Part shown: piece after piece, positions 35,513 to 45,099 of the stretch | Position numbering within the stretch: the stretch's first letter is position 1 | How the letters are laid out: each line of letters begins with the position of its first letter | Source: a virus | Lineage: Duplodnaviria; Caudoviricetes | Length of the DNA stretch: 64,000 nt | IMG/VR virus record: IMGVR_UViG_3300032225_001322 | Coordinates: 1-64,000 of that record | Direction: 5' to 3' (one strand) | Notes under the pieces: generated by a model | Databases searched by the model: none | What the model saw: only the letters and a program-made list of their open reading frames with translations | What the model was told of the DNA's origin: nothing | Program-made: the position numbers and the translations under genes

Positions 35513-37831
35513 CTATAATTTACAAGCTTCACAATCTTCTTGATCGTCAAAATCTATCACTTCTAATTTTTCTTCTACTTCGTCTTGACCTTTACTACCT
35601 TGTTTATTGATCAAACTATAGTAGAAAGTCTTTAATCCCCATCTATGTGCCGACATTAAATTTTTAGCAATTAATGTAGTTGGTACTTTTCTATCTGGAA
35701 AGTGAGCGGGATTATAGAAAGTGTTAGTTGAGATACTTTGATCTACATAAGCAGCTAATACACTAGCAGTCTTAAGATAACCATCGCAATCCTTCTGTTC
35801 CCACATCAATTGATATTTATTTTTTAATTTATTGTACTCGGGCGCTACTTGAATTAAACTTCCTGCCTTTGATTCTTTAACAGTAATTAAACTCATTGGT
35901 AATTCAATACCATTTGTACTATTAATAACAACACTACTTGACTCCACTGGTGCTACAGCCATTAATGTGCCATTGCGTACTCCGTACTCTTTCATATTAA
36001 TGCGTAGTGTTTCCCAGTCGAGTTCAGGAGTAAAATCAGTTAACTCATTGACTGCCTTGGCACGAAGTTCCCACGGGAATGTGCCTTGGCCATAGCGTGT
36101 TTTATCTGAATGTAAACAAGGACCGCGTTCTTTGGCAAGTTCCACTGTGGCTTCTGTTAAGTAAAATGCTTGATGTTCCATCCAGGATTTAACTTCGTGT
36201 AAAGCATCTTTTTCACCGTACTTCAAACTACGCTTGGCGTGCCAGTAGGCTAGGTTAGTAATGCCAATGCCCAAGGGCTGGATTTCGTCATTGCTTAACT
36301 GTGACTGAATGGAAAGAAAATCTTGGTAGTCCAAAATATTACACAGGCTACGCTGGAGTATGCGACAAGCACGGCGCATGTCTTCTGGATTACGGAAAGC
36401 TCCCCAATTGATGGAACCCAGCGTACAAAGAGCGATACGACCATCGCTGTCATCCAGACGTTTAAAGGATTTAGTAGGAAGAAGTATTTCACAACAAAGG
36501 TTACTCTGGTAAATGGTATGGAATTCAGGATCAAACGGACCTTGATTCTGAACATTGTCAATGAACACAAGATAGATACGGCCTGTGTCAGTGCGCTCTT
36601 TTAATATGCCGCCTTTGAATACATCTTCGGCGTTCATTACTTTCTTGCGTAAATCTTTACGCCGTTCGTATTTTACATACAGCTCTTCAAAGCGTTCTGT
36701 ATTTTGATAAAATGCTTCGTATAAGTCAGGTACTTCGTTAGGATCAAAGAATGTAATATTTTCTTTATTCTTAAACCGTCTCCAGAAGAAAGCAGACAAT
36801 ACAACACCGTAGTCCATAAATCTCACACGGGTTTCATCAGTTCCTTGATTGTTCTTGAGTACGATAAGATCGTCAAACTGATAGTGCCAAATTGGATAAA
36901 ACACAGTAGCAGAAGCATTGCGAATTCCTCCCTGCGAACAACTTCTTAAATCACCAAACCATTTTTTAAGGAACGGTACCATACCAGTGTGCATAACTTC
37001 GCCACCACGGATAGGACTACCTAGTGGTCGTAAGCGGCCAATTTCTAAACCTATGCCGGCTCGTTTAGCGGCATACTTGGCCATCATCTCTCCAGAAGCA
37101 AATATGCTATCCAGATTGTCGTCACTGCGGATAAGCACACAACTAGAAAACTGTTTAGTCGGAGTGCCAAGACCAGCCAGGACAGGTGTAGCAAGAGTAA
37201 ACAAACCATCGGATGCCGCACCATAGTATTCTTTAATGTAACGCATACGAGCACTATTCGGTTCTTCTTTATGGAAGACTGTAGCCGCTGCAATAATATA
37301 TCTAACCTGCGGAGTTTCATAAATTTCTTTTGTAGCTCGGTTTCGTACCAAATATTTTTCAATAAGTTGTTCAATAGCAGCATAACTGTATCCTTCGTCT
37401 TTCTCATGGTCAAGCATGTCATTCATCTTATTCCAGTCTTCTTCTGTGTACCATTCAAGAAGTTCTGGAGTATAAAGACCAGTAGCTACATTCTTTTTTA
37501 CAATTTCGTATAAATGCGGAGGTTCGTATGAACCATATACATCTTTGCGTAACATTGACAAACGTTGTTTACCGGCCACAAATTGATAGTTAGTATGACC
37601 TATGTCTGGATTAGCTTCTACATCAATAAGATCTACTATAGCTCTTAAAGTAATACCATCGATTTCTTTCGTAGTAATTCCATCATAAAAATGTAATTGC
37701 GCTTTAATTTCAATCATTGACTGACTCACATCAGCAATACCTTGGCATACTTTGGCAACCTGTGCCTGCCACTTGTCAATATGTAGTGGCTCTCTTGCAC
37801 CATTGCGTTTAACTACTGTAATTTGCGTCAT
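35513..37831 (-). CDS. nrdA: ribonucleotide reductase class Ia alpha subunit
   Basis: ATP cone (VVKRNG), QFSSC, QSNLCCEI, KTFYY and C-terminal CEAC. Confidence 0.98.
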   Translation of the reverse strand: MTQITVVKRNGAREPLHIDKWQAQVAKVCQGIADVSQSMIEIKAQLHFYDGITTKEIDGITLRAIVDLIDVEANPDIGHTNYQFVAGKQRLSMLRKDVYGSYEPPHLYEIVKKNVATGLYTPELLEWYTEEDWNKMNDMLDHEKDEGYSYAAIEQLIEKYLVRNRATKEIYETPQVRYIIAAATVFHKEEPNSARMRYIKEYYGAASDGLFTLATPVLAGLGTPTKQFSSCVLIRSDDNLDSIFASGEMMAKYAAKRAGIGLEIGRLRPLGSPIRGGEVMHTGMVPFLKKWFGDLRSCSQGGIRNASATVFYPIWHYQFDDLIVLKNNQGTDETRVRFMDYGVVLSAFFWRRFKNKENITFFDPNEVPDLYEAFYQNTERFEELYVKYERRKDLRKKVMNAEDVFKGGILKERTDTGRIYLVFIDNVQNQGPFDPEFHTIYQSNLCCEILLPTKSFKRLDDSDGRIALCTLGSINWGAFRNPEDMRRACRILQRSLCNILDYQDFLSIQSQLSNDEIQPLGIGITNLAYWHAKRSLKYGEKDALHEVKSWMEHQAFYLTEATVELAKERGPCLHSDKTRYGQGTFPWELRAKAVNELTDFTPELDWETLRINMKEYGVRNGTLMAVAPVESSSVVINSTNGIELPMSLITVKESKAGSLIQVAPEYNKLKNKYQLMWEQKDCDGYLKTASVLAAYVDQSISTNTFYNPAHFPDRKVPTTLIAKNLMSAHRWGLKTFYYSLINKQGSKGQDEVEEKLEVIDFDDQEDCEACKL

Positions 37832-37872
37832 CTAACTCTCGTTTTATTATTTGTATTTTACTTATGTTACTA

Positions 37873-38283
37873 CTATAGGGTGGTATTGATAAAGCGTTTT
37901 TTTACTTTAACAACATGTGGAGTATTTACTAAGACTGAACTGTCCCAATTAAGTGTATATTTTGATTTGTTCACTAAGACTAAATTACGATTATCTTCGG
38001 ACAAAATCAACTCATACGATACTAAATCCTTATGGTCTAACATACTTAGAGTATACAGGATTCCAAGCCCGCGAGCAAGATCACAATAGACATTATCGCT
38101 CAAAAGTTGCCAAGGATCGGGCCAATTTGGCTGATCATCCCAATGCAGATAATAAGGTTGCCATGGCGACTCTTGCCAATAATCATTTATATTTTGAAGA
38201 GCTTCTTCTAATGGAAGCTCTTGATTTTGGCTACGCAATTCGGCCCAAGACTCTAGCCTGTCGGCAAAATCTCTATACCACAT
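37873..38283 (-). CDS. hypothetical protein (possibly transglutaminase-like)
   Basis: WP.PWQLL....YC...GL...YTL pattern. Confidence 0.55.
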   Translation of the reverse strand: MWYRDFADRLESWAELRSQNQELPLEEALQNINDYWQESPWQPYYLHWDDQPNWPDPWQLLSDNVYCDLARGLGILYTLSMLDHKDLVSYELILSEDNRNLVLVNKSKYTLNWDSSVLVNTPHVVKVKKRFINTTL

Positions 38284-39911
38284 TAAGAAGTAAAATAAGA
38301 AGTAGAGTAATTAAAACTAGCTGAACTACCAACCGTTGAAAAATATTGTATTCTAACATTAGCCGTATTTGCGATCTGAGTAGCTAGTAAAGTTACACCA
38401 ATAGGATAATTTTCGGTATAGTCATCCATATAGGAAACATTACCATCGGTATTACTTGCTACCCATATTGTGCCTGTTCTAAAACCAAACACATTTCCGG
38501 TACCTCCTAGATTGCCAGTTCTAGTAGTAGAATAATCAATCTTGAAACTAGGGCCAGCTGTGGTAGTATCAATGGTGAATATAGTATAAGGATTTCCAGG
38601 TAAGATATTGTCTTCTAATGTAGCAACTTGTCCTGACTTTACAGTCTTTGTACCTAATTGTATTTGTACACCATTGGTAGTTGAAATACTAAGTGTAGAG
38701 CCTGTATAGATTCTAGGGTGCTGTTCAGCATACACATCTGTACGCTCAAACATATCTCCAATGCTAACATTGTTATTGCCTTGGAATAAAATTACCGGTG
38801 TTGCTGGATTATCGGTACCTAGGAAAAAATTAGCTACATCATAAAAAATATTATATCCAGTAGCATTGAGACTCACGTCATGAAATATAATACCATAACT
38901 ATAGATATTATCGAACATGTTATTTGTTATTCGAGTGCCTGTAGGTCCGCCGTTAACGATAGTACCAGTACCAAATGCTATGCCTTCATGTAAAATATTA
39001 AAATAAGAATTGTTTATAGTAATGCCTGTAGTTCTTTGATTGGCAGTAACACCATATACTGTTCCAGTAAATCTGCAGCCATCAAATAAAATATCACTAG
39101 TAGTAACGACATCACTAGCAAATACCACACCGCTTGTCTCTGTTGTAGGACTAACTAATGTACTGGTCGTTTCAGTTCCCATGAAACTTACAGCGCGAAA
39201 TATACAATTAGTGGCAGAATTGACCAGAAATACATTTTTAGTATTATCCAACGTTTCAAATGCCATATTCATAATGTTAATATCGGTAGGTGTAATTGCT
39301 CCGTTACTGCCAATATTAATACCAGTTTGTGGAGGATTATTGTTGTCAGCTGTTTGTGCTACACAGGTTCCGGTTCCGCCCGAAGCTACCATCTGAATGA
39401 TTGAGTTTTGTGGGCCTTCGCCATACAATGTTGCAAAAGGTGGAATATTAATTGGCCCACTTACAATATATTTTCCAGCTGGAAAGAACAAGCCTCTGCG
39501 TACTTGGACATTATTTGCTCGGCAGTATAATTGTGTTAAAGCGCGATTAATAGCAGCAGTATCATCTGTTAATCCATCGCCCTTGGCACCAAAATCTTTT
39601 ACTGTAGCAAATTGATCTAACCAAGTCTGTAGACTTAATGTAACCGGAGTACCGGGAGTTGGGCCAGTTTGTACTACATAACCTGCGGCAGTTCCTTTGT
39701 AAGTGTAGGCAGCCGCTAAATTTATAATATCGGAAAATTCTGTTAAAATTTCAGTATTTCCAATAACAGGAGCGCCTTGCTCTAAAGTGCCGTTACCAAT
39801 ATAAAGCTGACGAGTGTCAGTGGACCAGCCTAATTCAGCACCCGCCAACTGGGGTAAATCTATGTTTAAACCTAAGCGGTTAGTAATCTGAGAGATTTGC
39901 ACAATAGCCAT
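38283..39911 (-). CDS. tail spike/fiber-like protein with pectate-lyase-3-type beta-helix
   Basis: L..AELGW.TDT..LYIG.G N-terminus; VKDFGAKGDG.TDDTAAI ... FFPAG.Y. Confidence 0.85.
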   Translation of the reverse strand: MAIVQISQITNRLGLNIDLPQLAGAELGWSTDTRQLYIGNGTLEQGAPVIGNTEILTEFSDIINLAAAYTYKGTAAGYVVQTGPTPGTPVTLSLQTWLDQFATVKDFGAKGDGLTDDTAAINRALTQLYCRANNVQVRRGLFFPAGKYIVSGPINIPPFATLYGEGPQNSIIQMVASGGTGTCVAQTADNNNPPQTGINIGSNGAITPTDINIMNMAFETLDNTKNVFLVNSATNCIFRAVSFMGTETTSTLVSPTTETSGVVFASDVVTTSDILFDGCRFTGTVYGVTANQRTTGITINNSYFNILHEGIAFGTGTIVNGGPTGTRITNNMFDNIYSYGIIFHDVSLNATGYNIFYDVANFFLGTDNPATPVILFQGNNNVSIGDMFERTDVYAEQHPRIYTGSTLSISTTNGVQIQLGTKTVKSGQVATLEDNILPGNPYTIFTIDTTTAGPSFKIDYSTTRTGNLGGTGNVFGFRTGTIWVASNTDGNVSYMDDYTENYPIGVTLLATQIANTANVRIQYFSTVGSSASFNYSTSYFTS

Positions 39912-39937
39912 TTACTGTATTCCTTGTTATACAGTAT

Positions 39938-40651
39938 TTAGCTAATCGTGTAGTAGAGCTCCAATCGTTTCCACCACTCTTGTTCCCAATGGTCAAATTC
40001 GCTGGGTTCAAGCGTAAATTCCTGATATTGTGGTTCTGTAAGTAAGTTGCCCATTTCATCAGTGTCAGGTTTAACACACATTAGTACCACACCCTTGCGA
40101 ATATTAGTTTTATAGACTTCGTTGTGTGCTAGGGCATAAGCTACTAATTGAAGATAGTAATCTTGGATCCATTCAGTTTTTTTAGGCTTGTTAGTTTGTT
40201 TATAGTCAATAATACTTTCGTCGCCCATGTGAATACCACATCCGTCAGTAGTGCCCGCATACAAACTAGGGAAGAATAACGGGATTTCTACTCCCCATAG
40301 TTCGTTGACATTTTTAAGACCTTGGTCAATTACAGTTTGGGCCATAGCGTGACTTGCCCAACCAAAAGGATTTGACCCACGGTCGGGCATTGCGCCTTCT
40401 TTAATATAGCGTTCCAAGTAAGTATGCATTCTGGTCCCACGATTGGCGGCTTCTGTGGTAATAGCTTGAGCCTTGTCTACACCAACTCGTTTACGCCAGT
40501 TTTGTAGAGCTTCTTTTTTCTCTTTTGGTTCTGTGGCGCTAAGAATTGTAGTTACACTAGGAACCTTTTTGCCATCTGGAGTAAGATATAAGCGCCGACC
40601 TTCTTCGCTTGTGCGGGATAATTCATGATACGCAAATTTTGGATTATACAT
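39938..40651 (-). CDS. PD-(D/E)XK exonuclease
   Basis: PSVTTIL, RGT.MH, E..L....YAGT.D, IIDYK, LQL.AYA. Confidence 0.88.
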   Translation of the reverse strand: MYNPKFAYHELSRTSEEGRRLYLTPDGKKVPSVTTILSATEPKEKKEALQNWRKRVGVDKAQAITTEAANRGTRMHTYLERYIKEGAMPDRGSNPFGWASHAMAQTVIDQGLKNVNELWGVEIPLFFPSLYAGTTDGCGIHMGDESIIDYKQTNKPKKTEWIQDYYLQLVAYALAHNEVYKTNIRKGVVLMCVKPDTDEMGNLLTEPQYQEFTLEPSEFDHWEQEWWKRLELYYTIS

Positions 40652-40692
40652 TGTATCTAGTATAGCAACCTACTGCGAGGTTGTCAACCTTA

Positions 40693-41013
40693 TTATATCC
40701 GAAAGGATTCGCCGCAACCGCAACGGTCTTTTTCCAGTGGGTTAATAAATTCAAAACCTTCATTAAGCCCTTGGCGGACATAATCTACAGTAATACCAGC
40801 TACCATTGGCAAAGATTTTGGATCCACTACTATTACAGCACCATTGTCTGAAAGTAATACATCATCAATAGTAAGTTCGTCTACATATTCCATTATATAA
40901 GCAAGACCAGAACATCCTGTGGTTCTGACGCCTATACGGACGGCGATACCTTTGCCACGCTTTTCGATATTAGTTTTAATTTTCTTAGCGGCTGTGTCTG
41001 TTACTGTGATCAT
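40693..41013 (-). CDS. iscA: iron-sulfur cluster assembly A-type carrier
   Basis: TGCSGLAY and NP.EK..CGCGESF. Confidence 0.95.
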   Translation of the reverse strand: MITVTDTAAKKIKTNIEKRGKGIAVRIGVRTTGCSGLAYIMEYVDELTIDDVLLSDNGAVIVVDPKSLPMVAGITVDYVRQGLNEGFEFINPLEKDRCGCGESFRI

Positions 41014-41384
41014 TGTTTTTTTATGTAATCTTCTATCGCGGCTTTAATAGCGTCTTCCGCAAGGATCGAACAATGAATCTTAACCGGCGGGAGTGCGAGT
41101 TCCTCTGCAATTTCAGCATTCTTAATTGTGCCAGCTTGCTCCAGCGTTTTACCCTTGACCCACTCCGTGACGAGCGAACTACTCGCGATCGCGGACCCAC
41201 AGCCGTATGTTTTAAATTTTGCATCTGTAATAATTCCATCTTCTACTTTTATTTGTAAACGCATGACATCACCGCAAGCAGGAGCACCGACAACACCGGT
41301 GCCGATACTGCTATCAGTGGCATCCATCTTACCAACATTTCTTGGATTTTCATAGTGATCAATTACCTTATCTGAGTAGGCCAT
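41010..41384 (-). CDS. iscU: Fe-S cluster assembly scaffold (start MAYSDK)
   Basis: YSDKVIDHYENPRNVG, GAPACGD, YGCGSAIA and LPPVKIHC. Confidence 0.97.
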   Translation of the reverse strand: MAYSDKVIDHYENPRNVGKMDATDSSIGTGVVGAPACGDVMRLQIKVEDGIITDAKFKTYGCGSAIASSSLVTEWVKGKTLEQAGTIKNAEIAEELALPPVKIHCSILAEDAIKAAIEDYIKKQ

Positions 41385-41701
41385 TACTGTGGTACCAGTA
41401 CTGTACGATAACAATTACAGTTAGCATCTAAAATCTGTTGTTGAACATATCCAGGTGGAATAGATTGCTGAATGTAAATTACCTGTGGTTGCTGAACATA
41501 AACTGGAGGAGCGTAATATGCTCTTGCGGCCAAACCGCCAATTACTACACCAGCTGCCGCAGGGCCAACCCAATTATTATTGTTACCATAATATCCGCCG
41601 CGATATCCGTAATAACCGTGAGCTTGAGCTTGAGAGGCAAATAATGTACTCATTGCCAAAATAGAACCGAATACCAATGTGTAAATCAATTTATTTTTCA
41701 T
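41384..41701 (-). CDS. secreted Gly/Tyr/Pro-rich protein
   Basis: Signal peptide, glycine zipper, PPVYVQQP. Confidence 0.7.
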   Translation of the reverse strand: MKNKLIYTLVFGSILAMSTLFASQAQAHGYYGYRGGYYGNNNNWVGPAAAGVVIGGLAARAYYAPPVYVQQPQVIYIQQSIPPGYVQQQILDANCNCYRTVLVPQ

Positions 41702-41774
41702 TTTACTTCTCCTTGAGTTATACTCTTATAACGCTTATTGTATAGGAAAAGTTGACAGATGTCAACCGAAACGC

Positions 41775-42122
41775 TTAAGATCGTCGTTTCATCGCCGCTT
41801 TGGCGTTAGAATCCACTACTTTGGCAGCCTGATCAGTGTCCATGGGCTGTTCGCCTGGTTCGTCATTTCCTTTAAACTTAACCACTCCTGAATTTGGTTC
41901 ATACGGAAGTAATACATTTGATAACGGATCTTTAGCAATTAAATCGCCCAATGTATCAGTAGTAACATTAACTCCAAGACTTTGTGCCAAGTCTATAAAT
42001 GCTTTTGTAGAAATTTGTTTCTTTGAATCAGTATCGCCAGCACGACCAGCAAGGAATTGAGTCAATGCCATGAGCTTACCGGAGTTAACAGTTTCTGGAT
42101 TTTCTACTTCAAAGATTAACAT
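41775..42122 (-). CDS. probable head-associated protein
   Basis: N-terminal MLIFE motif; late-gene cluster. Confidence 0.6.
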   Translation of the reverse strand: MLIFEVENPETVNSGKLMALTQFLAGRAGDTDSKKQISTKAFIDLAQSLGVNVTTDTLGDLIAKDPLSNVLLPYEPNSGVVKFKGNDEPGEQPMDTDQAAKVVDSNAKAAMKRRS

Positions 42123-43082
42123 TTAGCGTTTAGCGCGACCTAAGCCTGCGCCACCCATTTCAGGAGCTTCTGGCTCTTCTGGTGGAAGTTCTTCATCGTC
42201 CATTTCAACACCTAAATCGGCGCCAATATCAGCGCCCATCTCAGCACCTAGGTCAGCATCTAATTCATCTTGCCCCGGAATACTAGGAGCGGCTTGACCA
42301 GTAACAACACCAAGAGCTTGGTCTAATTGTTGTTTAGCACCTTGTAGATTTTGTAACAAACCAGCAAGAGCGGATGTAGCATCTGTGTTGAACTGCATTG
42401 CTTGGTCAACACCAATTTGATTTTTGATTTGGTCGCATAGTGCTGGCAAATCTTTAAACTGCATACTTGAAATTTCTTCGCTCATTTTTTGAACATTATC
42501 TACCATGTCTTGTGCGGCTAACACTACTTGTGCTTGTTGTACTTCTGATTCGCGAAGAATTTTATATAAACTATGTCTCAATTGTTTGCTTTCTGTTTGT
42601 AGAGCAGCTTGAGCAACTAATTGTTGATCAGCTGGATTTAATGATTGACCTTGTGTGGCTTTTTGCATAGCAGATTTTAATTTAGGATCACTAATAGTAT
42701 TTACTTGAGCTTGCTGTTGTTGTTTTTTAACAGCATCGCCTGCGGCTACCGTAGGATTAACTGGTGGCATACCTGCAACTGATTTAGCTTGATTTTGATC
42801 AGCCCCGGCAGTTGAGCCAACGGCAACGGTAGGAGTTTCGTTAACTTTGGTAGCTAACACTCTTTCCATCATCATCAACTTCAAATAAGTTGGGTTCTTT
42901 TCACTGTGATGAAAAGCTGATGTTTGACGATGTTCATTTACGAGCTTGCGTACTTTGTTTAACATCATACGGGCTTGTTTAGCGGACATTACGTCTACAT
43001 TAATGGAGTCACCAAAATAACTCTCAAATACCTTAGCGGCTTGCTTTGATGGCTTGGTTGCGGCCAGTTCGAACAGTTTCAT
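42123..43082 (-). CDS. probable prohead core/scaffold-like protein (start MKLFEL)
   Basis: TAAATA promoter, GAGG SD, [LIVF]xE sites, acidic C-terminus. Confidence 0.6.
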   Translation of the reverse strand: MKLFELAATKPSKQAAKVFESYFGDSINVDVMSAKQARMMLNKVRKLVNEHRQTSAFHHSEKNPTYLKLMMMERVLATKVNETPTVAVGSTAGADQNQAKSVAGMPPVNPTVAAGDAVKKQQQQAQVNTISDPKLKSAMQKATQGQSLNPADQQLVAQAALQTESKQLRHSLYKILRESEVQQAQVVLAAQDMVDNVQKMSEEISSMQFKDLPALCDQIKNQIGVDQAMQFNTDATSALAGLLQNLQGAKQQLDQALGVVTGQAAPSIPGQDELDADLGAEMGADIGADLGVEMDDEELPPEEPEAPEMGGAGLGRAKR

Positions 43083-43533
43083 TATTAAATCCTCGTTGTT
43101 GACAGTATTTAGCATAATTGACGCATTTGGTTAATTCCTGCTCTACTTGTTTTTTGTGTATAATCTTGGTTTCTAGCTTGGTTTCTATAGTTTCGCGAAA
43201 TAAAGGCTGTTTACTGCGGTCTGCTAGATTAGCTCTTGTTGATATATCTGATGTTAATGAGCTTAATTTATTGTCTAATGTTAGTATATCCCGGGCTAAG
43301 TTATAATGGGTATATTTGTCAGCTATACACCAGCTCAATGCTGTTTTTGTTGTACTAAACACACCCACTTCTGTAGCTGAACAGCGCACTCTGTATCCCT
43401 GCTTTTCCGGGCTTATTACATAACGGTCAAATACTTCGTATTCACCGTCGTCATTTTTCCATATAAGATTAGCAGCTAAATCTGGAAATTCTTTTCGAAA
43501 TAACTTGTTAAGTTCTGGGGTATTTTCAATCAT
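43033..43533 (-). CDS. hypothetical protein
   Basis: Coupled ORF. Confidence 0.65.
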   Translation of the reverse strand: MIENTPELNKLFRKEFPDLAANLIWKNDDGEYEVFDRYVISPEKQGYRVRCSATEVGVFSTTKTALSWCIADKYTHYNLARDILTLDNKLSSLTSDISTRANLADRSKQPLFRETIETKLETKIIHKKQVEQELTKCVNYAKYCQQRGFNNETVRTGRNQAIKASR

Positions 43534-43796
43534 TTAATTACGTAGTGGGATATGAGATAGATAGTTGATGCGGCGAGAAAACTAATAATGCCGACACCCC
43601 AGTGAATTAATCTATCTGTATTTTTTTCATTTAATTTACTAATAGATGCTTTAACATCCTGTACCATAGAGCAAAGATGTGCGATATTTTCACTCATAGC
43701 GGTCATTTTGTCTTCTAACGCATTATAGCGTTCAGCACAGAGTTCTACATGAGCTTCTAGACTCTTTTTTTCAATTTCAGTGGCTTCGATGCTCAT
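43530..43796 (-). CDS. coiled-coil plus C-terminal TM protein (holin-like)
   Basis: LEAHVELCAERY coiled coil and a single TM segment. Confidence 0.55.
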   Translation of the reverse strand: MSIEATEIEKKSLEAHVELCAERYNALEDKMTAMSENIAHLCSMVQDVKASISKLNEKNTDRLIHWGVGIISFLAASTIYLISHYVIK

Positions 43797-43826
43797 ATTC
43801 TGTCCTATTTTAGTATCATATATTTA

Positions 43827-44237
43827 TTATAATTCGTCAAACCATATATTTTGATCAGGCCCCGATACAATTAATAATGGTGCTAAATTTTTAATATTTC
43901 CCAATCCTACTAGCATAGGAACTCCTGCTGAGTCGGATAATAACAATTCTGTGGAGTTATCTTGGGAGCCAAATGCATATGGAGTCTCAGATTCAAATTC
44001 AAAGATCCATAAATCATTATTTCTTTTAGGATTTTGTAATTCTGAGATTTGTGTGCGTAAACTTATTAGTTGAGTAATAGTTTCCCAATTTCTTTGCTGA
44101 TTTCTAGCACGATTCCACGACAGTTCATTTTCAATATTACTGCCAGATAAATCTCGAAATGGAACTCGGGAAGATTTGTAATGTCCAGTTACACCAGTGG
44201 CGGTAATGTCAAAGAAGGTTTTACAAATAAATTTCAC
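43827..44237 (-). CDS. hypothetical protein
   Basis: T.FDIT.TG...RNQQRNW motif. Confidence 0.65.
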   Translation of the reverse strand: MKFICKTFFDITATGVTGHYKSSRVPFRDLSGSNIENELSWNRARNQQRNWETITQLISLRTQISELQNPKRNNDLWIFEFESETPYAFGSQDNSTELLLSDSAGVPMLVGLGNIKNLAPLLIVSGPDQNIWFDEL

Positions 44238-44488
44238 AATGCCTTTTTGGACAATTCATATAAAATTTCCGCTTGTTCGCAAAGGTTGTTTATTGCTGAA
44301 TTGTTTTTTCTAGCCGCTAAAATATATTGCCAACGCTCTTGTTGTTTTAATTCATTTTCTTGTTCAATTAGTTTAGGATCGCGACTATATAATTCCCTTG
44401 TGCTACTTCCTGGATGTCGAGCATAAACTGTACGGCCGCCATCGGGGCTTTCATATATGGTAACTTCGGTAATTTTATTAATTGTCAT
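44234..44488 (-). CDS. hypothetical protein
   Basis: IYESPDGG.TVY.R motif; TAAATA upstream. Confidence 0.7.
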   Translation of the reverse strand: MTINKITEVTIYESPDGGRTVYARHPGSSTRELYSRDPKLIEQENELKQQERWQYILAARKNNSAINNLCEQAEILYELSKKAL

Positions 44489-44525
44489 AATATAGGTATA
44501 TTTAACCTATAATAAACTGCCCAAC

Positions 44526-44548
44526 AAAAAAGCACCTTGCGGTGCTTT
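44526..44548 (-). terminator. intrinsic terminator
   Basis: AAAGCACC-GCAA-GGTGCTTT plus T tract. Confidence 0.8.
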
Positions 44549-44575
44549 CTTGACATTTTAAAGAAAACTTTAAAA

Positions 44576-45022
44576 TTAAGATGCTGCTAACTTGAAGCCT
44601 AAGTTTGTTACTTCAGCGCCTGTAGCACTAAAGCCAGTTGTTACGCCACCGTTAGTGATTTGGATGTTACCTAAAGCAACAACAAGTGCTTGAACAGCAG
44701 CTGCTGAAACACTAGCGTTACCACCAAATGCGCCTAATGGGTATGTAGCGATACTGATAGAGTTAGTATTAACTTGCTGAATAGCAATTGTGCAAAGCTG
44801 TTGTAATGCTTGATCAATAACTTGAACAGCGCCGTTAACTTGAGCTTGGTTTTGAATACCAGACAAGTTGCCGATTTGATAAAACTCAAGTGCTGGACCT
44901 GCAAAATTTGTAGGTGTAGCAGCTGGAGTGTAAGCAACGTTAGCTGATAATTGTGAGCCATTGCGTGTGTCAATGGAAAATACTGGTTGTGAACCGCCTG
45001 ATACTAATGGAATCTGTGCCAT
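44576..45022 (-). CDS. probable abundant virion structural protein
   Basis: Monocistronic: TAAATA promoter, AAGGAG SD and own terminator; Ala/Asn/Gln-rich. Confidence 0.65.
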   Translation of the reverse strand: MAQIPLVSGGSQPVFSIDTRNGSQLSANVAYTPAATPTNFAGPALEFYQIGNLSGIQNQAQVNGAVQVIDQALQQLCTIAIQQVNTNSISIATYPLGAFGGNASVSAAAVQALVVALGNIQITNGGVTTGFSATGAEVTNLGFKLAAS

Positions 45023-45099
45023 TTTAAATCTCCTTATGTATGTGGACTCAAAGGTCCTACGTGTATTTAGTCTTTTGGCAAAAAAATTAAGGAGTTGGA

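Noticed and set aside
32526-37831. Introns or inteins in nrdA/nrdB (also checked in the helicase and uvsX)
   Set aside because: The proteins are of normal length with contiguous motifs
39938-40651. Exonuclease as Cas4 of a CRISPR system
   Set aside because: Lacks the four-Cys Fe-S pattern; no array or other cas genes; a common stand-alone phage PD-(D/E)XK nuclease
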